Positions 57,513-64,000 of a DNA stretch of 64,000 nt are shown here, in pieces. Origin of the DNA: Eledone cirrhosa (Eukaryota); NCBI GenBank assembly GCA_964016885.1, contig OZ024750.1:25420001-25484000 (forward strand), given 5' to 3'. The translations under genes and the position numbers were made by a program. How positions within the stretch are numbered: position 1 is the first letter of the stretch; each line of letters begins with the position of its first letter. The notes under the pieces are model-generated. The model worked only from the letters and a program-made list of their open reading frames with translations, was not told the origin of the DNA and searched no databases.

Positions 57513-57840
57513 GCAACCACTTACCTCACTGCACGTTAAGAACTAGTATCTTACACTGAGAACAAGTAAAAGAAAGAAAACTACGTGTTGAACTAGTTAT
57601 TTTCTGGTGTTTAGCAATCAGGGTAATAAGAACATGTTAATATCTATCTGATAACATAAGTCACGTTTTGAGCCAAGCTAATGCTTGTAGATCGACTGCA
57701 TTAGGTTGAAAAACCCTCATGATGTCATAGCATATCTTAACACCAAGTAATTTAGAAAATTTACAGCTCAATTGCAGGTCACACTATTTTAAAACACTCT
57801 TTTTAACCCTTTCCTTATCATATTTTTAATGAAAGACAAT
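57206..57840. repeat. Local tandem duplication in the form A-B / A-X-B
   Basis: About 57206-57470 repeats at about 57466-57840; the first copy lacks a roughly 100-bp internal segment. Confidence 0.85.
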
Positions 57841-57914
57841 GCCTCTAACTTTAACCCTTTCATTACAATATTTCTAATGAATGTCTATGTCATTAACCCT
57901 TTTCTTACCTTGCA

Positions 57915-58140
57915 ACAAAACACACCAAATCTACCCTGTAAGGTGGTTGTACTGGTGATGCAACAAAATGTACCCAGTCTACCCTGTAAGGTGGTTGTAC
58001 TGGTGATGCAACAAAATGTACCCAGTCTACCCTGTAAGGTGGTTGTACTGGTGATGCAACAAAATGTACCCAGTCTACCCTGTAAGGTGGTGGGTGGTAC
58101 TGGTGACAACAATAAAACACACTAATCTACCCTGTGAGGT
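57915..58140. repeat. 48-bp minisatellite, about four copies
   Basis: Unit CAACAAAATGTACCCAGTCTACCCTGTAAGGTGGTTGTACTGGTGATG. Confidence 0.88.
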
Positions 58141-59139
58141 TGTTTGTATCAAGAAGAACATCCAGCCATAGAAAACCAAGCCAAAAATGGATCATATAAG
58201 CAAGACATGGCCACTTAACCTGTCTGAAAATAAACATTAAAACGCAATAATGTTGTTGTTGTTGTTGTTGTTGGTGGTGGTGGTGATGATCATGGTGATG
58301 GTGGTGGAGGAGGTGGTGATGGTGATGATGATGATGACAGTTTCATGACACTTACTTTAAAACAAAATGGTTATTTTATGAAAAGCAAGCTGATTGAAAT
58401 AATTCTAAAAATCATAAATCTATAAAAACAAAAACACAATACAATCATACTGAACTAAGACACCATCTTATATTCAGACTTGAAGTATTGCCTGTCTTGT
58501 AAATCTGACAACTGAAAATATTAAAATATATTAAAGTATTTATACAATTCAATTGTATATGAGGTTGGTGTTAGGAAGAGAATTCAGCTGTAGGAACTAA
58601 GCTAGAAACGGTTGTGTGTGAGCAAGAAATGGTTTTCTGATCTGACTTGTCTCACAACAGGACAACCTGTCTAACCCATGCTAGCTTGGGAAAAATGGAC
58701 GTTAAATGATGATGACGATGATGATGATATTACTAAGATGATTATATCAAATATCAATTGAATAATGAAGCCAACTATCCAACAGGACAACCTGTCTAAC
58801 CCATGCTAGCTTGGGAAAATGGATATTAAATGATGATGATGATGAAGATATTACTATGTAACTGCAGGTACATTAATTATCAATATATCAGTGGAGCCAA
58901 CCATTTAACAGGACAACTTGTTTAACCCATGCTACCTTGGAAAATGGATGTTAAATGATGATGATGTGACTATATAACTGAAGGTACATTTATTATCAAT
59001 ATACCAATGGTACCAACCATCCAATAGTTCATTTAATACAATTAACAATAACAAAATACAATTCTAAATACAAAGACATTTTTATTTTAAACTGCAGTTG
59101 AGATCCAAGTCAATTTTACTAAACTATTTGACAAAGAAA

Positions 59140-59336
59140 TACTGGTAAAATTTCATTATAACGAAATTTGCTATACTGAATAAGGAATTTTTCAGTATAG
59201 CAAATTTTTTTTTGCAATACCAGACGTAATAAACAAATGCTCAAATTGTTTTGGTCGAACTTGTTATGAAGAATTTTTCATTATAACAAATTTTTTTTAT
59301 ACCCCGTGAATTTCGTTATAATGGAATTTCACTGTA
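59140..59336. mobile_element. Tigger/pogo-like MITE, same family
   Basis: Colinear with 18412-18601; ends in GGAATTTCACTG-TA. Confidence 0.78.
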
Positions 59337-59542
59337 TTTGTGTTCAAAATTTATTTTGTAAATCTAAAATGAAAACAGTTACAACTATTAAAAATAATTT
59401 CAAAAGATTTCAATGAATTGGAGGTAAATTTAAACAAAAAAAAAAAAAATGAAAATACTCGAATATGTCATGCAGAACTGCTTAATTACATATTTTAATG
59501 TAATTCTACCATAACGAGCATTTCAATAGAATTGATGCCTCA

Positions 59543-59579
<37 letters not shown>

Positions 59580-59589
59580 GGCCAGCGAT

Positions 59590-61086
59590 ATATTTTATCG
59601 ACCCCGTAAGGATGAAAGGCAAAGTTAACCTCGGCGGGATTTGAACTCAGATCATAAAGGGTCATAACTCTATGCTGCAAAGCATGACGTCAGACTCTCT
59701 ACCGATACTGCCAATCCACTGCCCTCAACAACCATAATGATTTCTAGTAAAAGCACAAGGCCAGTAATTTGGGGGGGGGGTAGATTAAATCAACCCCAAT
59801 ACGTTACTGGTACTTTATTTTATCAACTCCGTAAGGATAAAAGGCAAAGTTAACCTCGGCGGGATTTGAACTCAGACTGTAAAGGACCATAACTCTATGC
59901 GGCATAGCATGGCGTCCGACCCTCTACCGATACTGCCAATACTGCCAATCCATCGCCCTCAACAACAATAATAATAATAATAACAAAGCAGTCATAATGG
60001 TGACAGTAATACCAGGCAGAAGTATTGTGTACATTGGAACTAGAATCAAAGTAAAATTCCATGCACAGAAAATGGTACATGCACAGAAACTATCTCAATA
60101 CTAACATACTAATAAAGAAGGAGAGAGTTTATATAGGAGAGGGAGGGCCAGGGGAGAACAATGACTAATATGGCTATATAGGGGGGTGGGACAGACTAAA
60201 GGACCACACAGCAAAGGGTTTGGCAAATAAAATCAACATTAGAGCAGGACACTTCATATTTGGGTGTGTGGAGAATGATGGGGGGGGGGGGGGGGGTCTA
60301 GCATGAATAAAAAAAAGGGGGTGCTGGTTTTCAGATTGAAGTAGAAAAACTTATACGTAGGTTTAATTCAAAGGTGATGATAATGATGATGATGATAATG
60401 ACTTTTTCAATAATAACGATAATAATAATAATAATTGTATCTACATTAGGCACAAGGCCAGCAATTGTCCCAGTGCATTACTGGTACTTTAATCTATCGA
60501 CCCTGTAAGGATGAAAGGCAAAGTTAACCTCAGTGGGATTTGAACTCAGATCATAAAGGGCCATAATATGCTGCAATGAAGGCGTTGGTGGTGATAAACA
60601 CTATTATTTGTGAAGAGTGAAGGGTATGGAATTATGTGATATATATCTCACCCACTTCCAACATAATAATTGTTTCTTATTTAGGCACAAAGCCAGCAAT
60701 TCGAAGGGAAGGGGAAAGTTGATTAAATCGACCCTGTTGCATTACTAGTACTTTATTTTATCAACACCATGAGGATGAAAGGCAAAGCTAACCTCGGTAA
60801 GATTTGAACTCAGAACGTAAAGAGCTGGAAACAAATGCAACAAAATATTTCACCCAACGCTCTAACGATTCTGCCAATCAACAGGCCTCCTAAGATATTA
60901 TTAATAATATAAGTAGAATAGGACAAGATATTATTAATAATTGTTTCTATTTTTGGCACAAGGATTGCAATTATTCCAGTGTATTACTGGTGCTTCATTT
61001 TATCGACCCCGTAAGGATGAAAGGCAAAGTTAACCTCGGCGGGATTTGAACTCAGACCATAAAGGGCCGTAACTCTATGCTGCAAA
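59590..61086 (-). mobile_element. Cluster of five same-orientation SINE family A copies
   Basis: - strand matches at about 59590-59725, 59740-59958, 60435-60576, 60670-60885 and 60942-61086. Confidence 0.82.
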
Positions 61087-62657
61087 CAACAATGATAATA
61101 ATAGTAATAATAATAATTCTTTTAGATAGCCTCAAGGCATCAGATTTCTAATATGAAAGAATGTTGTAACATACTTTCACTATGAACAGTAATAAAATAT
61201 GTGTAAAAATAATATTTATTTCACTTTGATATTCCTAACTCAAAATGCCATATTACATTACAAAGTTACATTAAAATATATCTTTTATAGAAAAATATTC
61301 CTTTTATATCTTCCTAATGTATTGAAGTCAATTTTTGGTTTGAATCTAGTTCCACAGCCCTAAGGCTAAAAATCTACTTCTTTTAAAATTCTTCTGAGCA
61401 ATTATAGTATGGAAGCAGCAAACTCGTTAATTTTCTTCACTGATTCATACCAAAAGAATTTATTAGAATTTGAGAAGTTTTCAAATATTTAGAATTTTTA
61501 ATGTTATAAAAATACTTTATATAAAAATATCAGTCAATTATTTTAAACATTTTATAATTTCTTTTCTTAATCATTACAGAAGTTGACAGTTAATTTGGTG
61601 GCAATTTCTTTCTTTATATAATGGAATACATGCAATTTTTCATTACTGTTCTCTACTCCACCTCCAAGACTGTACAAAACACACACTACTGCCACCTCTC
61701 ATTAGCTCTTTTCTACTCCACCTCCAAGACACTGTAAAACACTATAATGTCACCCCACATTAGCTCTTCTCTTCTCCACCTCCAAGACCCTGTGTAAAGC
61801 ACACAATACTCCTCCTTCTTTAGAACTACTTCTATTTAGAATTAGAATTCTCTTCACTCCTATAATTTCCTACTTTCCATTTTAGAATCTTTAACAGTTC
61901 CAACCAAACATTAACTCTATTAACCTCATGGAATTGTTCTGAATCATCACTCAAGAAAATTGAAATAGAAAAAAAAATTTTTTTAAACTCTAGACACCGG
62001 TTCTCCCCAATAATGGATGAACAAATGCAAGGAAGGGTAAAGGAATGATTTCATTGGTATATTTATGAAGTGTCAAGCCTTAATGAAGTTCACCTACCCC
62101 AAAATATGTATTCTGGAGGTCAAATATCATCAACTGGATCCAGTTATTTAGGCACAATGATGATGTTTGCAAGTTCAAACTCAAACAAATGGCAGTGGAG
62201 CTCTACAGAGGAGGCCATATTAAGAGCTAACTGATTTCTTGGTTCTGACCACACAAGTACAGAAGCAGAAATATTAACCAAAGAGCCATTCTGCTCTGTA
62301 GAGGAAAGTAAACAAATTACATTAGCACAAAATACAAAACAGTATCGACATAAATAACAGCAACAACAACAATTCTAACAATTTATTAAGAAAATTAAAC
62401 AGAATTTTGGTTTGTTTTACATGGAATTATTTAGGACATTTCAAGAAGTTACCATTCCACCCTCGCCAAAAATATTTCAAGTATAGTACCTACATGAATG
62501 TACTCTAATTAATACAATAAATGTTCTTGAATGTTTTAAACCTTTTTATATATCTGTCTGTCTGTCTGTTAGTCTCACTGTCTACGTATCTGTCTTTTTT
62601 GGTTGTTAAGATCCTGGACATCTCACCTATAAGTAATTATCTTATAAACTTGTATTA

Positions 62658-62739
62658 GCACCTGAAGAAAGGTCCATATTTTGATGCCTCTTGCTTTCTG
62701 GAGGTATGGTCAAATTTGGACCTTGAAACCTTGTGGAGC
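62658..62739 (+). ncRNA. Degenerate hammerhead
   Basis: gcac CTGAAGA aaggtcca...tggacctt GAAA ccttg TG gagc: 8-bp helix II base, but the cleavage triplet and helix I are decayed. Confidence 0.5.
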
Positions 62740-62778
62740 GCTTTTGTTCTGTGTATGAACATAAGTAAATAATATTAC

Positions 62779-62819
<41 letters not shown>

Positions 62820-63414
62820 TGTGTGTATATATATATATATGGCTGGATGGATGTATATATATACATGTGTATTTGTGTATGCAAGCATATATTATGCCAA
62901 GATATCTTTTAAATCAATAAGTAAAAATATTTACTTATAACATTCACTTTGATATTATAGATAAGGAAATTTAAAAATACAAAATAAAACTAATTAGGAA
63001 GAAAATAACTCCAAAATAGACCATCACATTGAATCTAATATATCAAATATATTTATTTTCTAGAATATTTTACAAAAGAATTAACTAATTAACTAGTATA
63101 CTGTTAATTAAAGGTTATTTGAAATATCATCATCATCATCATTTAATGTCCCCTTTCCCTACTAGCAAGGGTTGGATGGGTCTTCACAGACTGAGTCTAT
63201 ACTGAAACAGGAGCCACTGACTTCCCAGACAAGCTGGGGGTTCGGATCTCACTTACATATGGTTCCGCATTCTACCAAATGCATTTTATTGTGGCAGCAG
63301 CACAAGAGAGGTTGTCATGTCCTTTACGTAACTGAAGGACTACAGAGAGTGGAGAGAATTCTTTAGTTTTGTAGGAGATAAGGCAACCTCTTTTGTTTTG
63401 ATGACATCATAAAG

Positions 63415-63850
63415 TGCACCCAGTACACTCTGTAAAATAATTGGCAATCAAATGGAGACAACTTAGAGTGGAAAAGATTCTTCAGTCTTGCCAAAGACAT
63501 AATCTAGATAGTGCTGGTACCTTGATAAAATGCATCTAATGCACTCTGTAAAGTGGTTGGCAATTGGACAAAAAGAACTTCTGTAGTGTTGGAACCTTGT
63601 TAAAATACACCTAGTACACTCTGTAAAGCATTGGCAATTAAACAAAGACAATCTCTTTAGTGTTGGTACCTTAAAAAAAATGCACCTAGTACACTCGGTA
63701 AAATAATTGGCAATTGGACAAAAACAACATCTCTAATGCTGGTGCCATGATAAAATACACCTAGTACACTCTGTAAAGTGGTTGGCAATTGGACAAAGCC
63801 AACTATGTAATGCTGGTGTCTCAATAAAATGCACCTAGTACACTCTGTAA
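63415..63850. repeat. Diverged minisatellite of about 60-75 bp
   Basis: Recurring AAAATGCACCTAGTACACTCTGTAAA...TTGGCAATTGGACAAA. Confidence 0.8.
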
Positions 63851-64000
63851 AGTTTACCTATTTAAATCCTTTCTAAAGTAAAATGACTGATTCTAATTAG
63901 TGTTTAATTTCAAAGGTTTGCACTAATCATCTCTTCTAATTGGAATCTACCGAAAACAGCATCTATTTTATATTTTTAATAGAAAACTGTCTATTTTAAT

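Noticed and set aside
49378-64000. ARL6IP1 exons 1-2
   Set aside because: No segment resembling the N-terminal GW.EV...L.WE...P region was found by eye. These exons probably lie beyond the window.

Overview
AT-rich, microsatellite-dense eukaryotic DNA. The SINE families and (TA)n/(CA)n/(TACA)n load suggest an octopus-like cephalopod, which is an inference. Almost all ORFs in the supplied track are microsatellite artefacts. Two convergent spliced genes can be assembled by hand with GT-AG boundaries and consistent phases. (1) A + strand S1A (chymotrypsin-family) serine protease has four clear exons between 15414 and 22490, carrying Asp102 (NDIAML) and Ser195 (GDSGGP) and an unusual Gly189/Leu216/Asn226 S1 pocket. 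Its IVGG/His57 exon is not visible. (2) The last four coding exons of an ARL6IP1 orthologue lie on the - strand between 49377 and 43739. Introns and intergenic DNA hold tRNA-derived SINEs, piggyBac-type and Tc1/pogo-type MITEs, RTE-like LINE remnants and minisatellites. The most striking unannotated signal is about 13 type-I hammerhead-ribozyme motifs from several unrelated short elements, most of them embedded in (TA)n tracts. Five have intact cores and helices. They include a tandem 474-bp unit with one hammerhead per monomer (retrozyme/Penelope pLTR-like), a hammerhead dimer inside inverted repeats, one intact copy on the sense strand of an ARL6IP1 intron, and fold-back palindromes that turn at the ribozyme core. 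All structures were read by eye and none was computed or searched.
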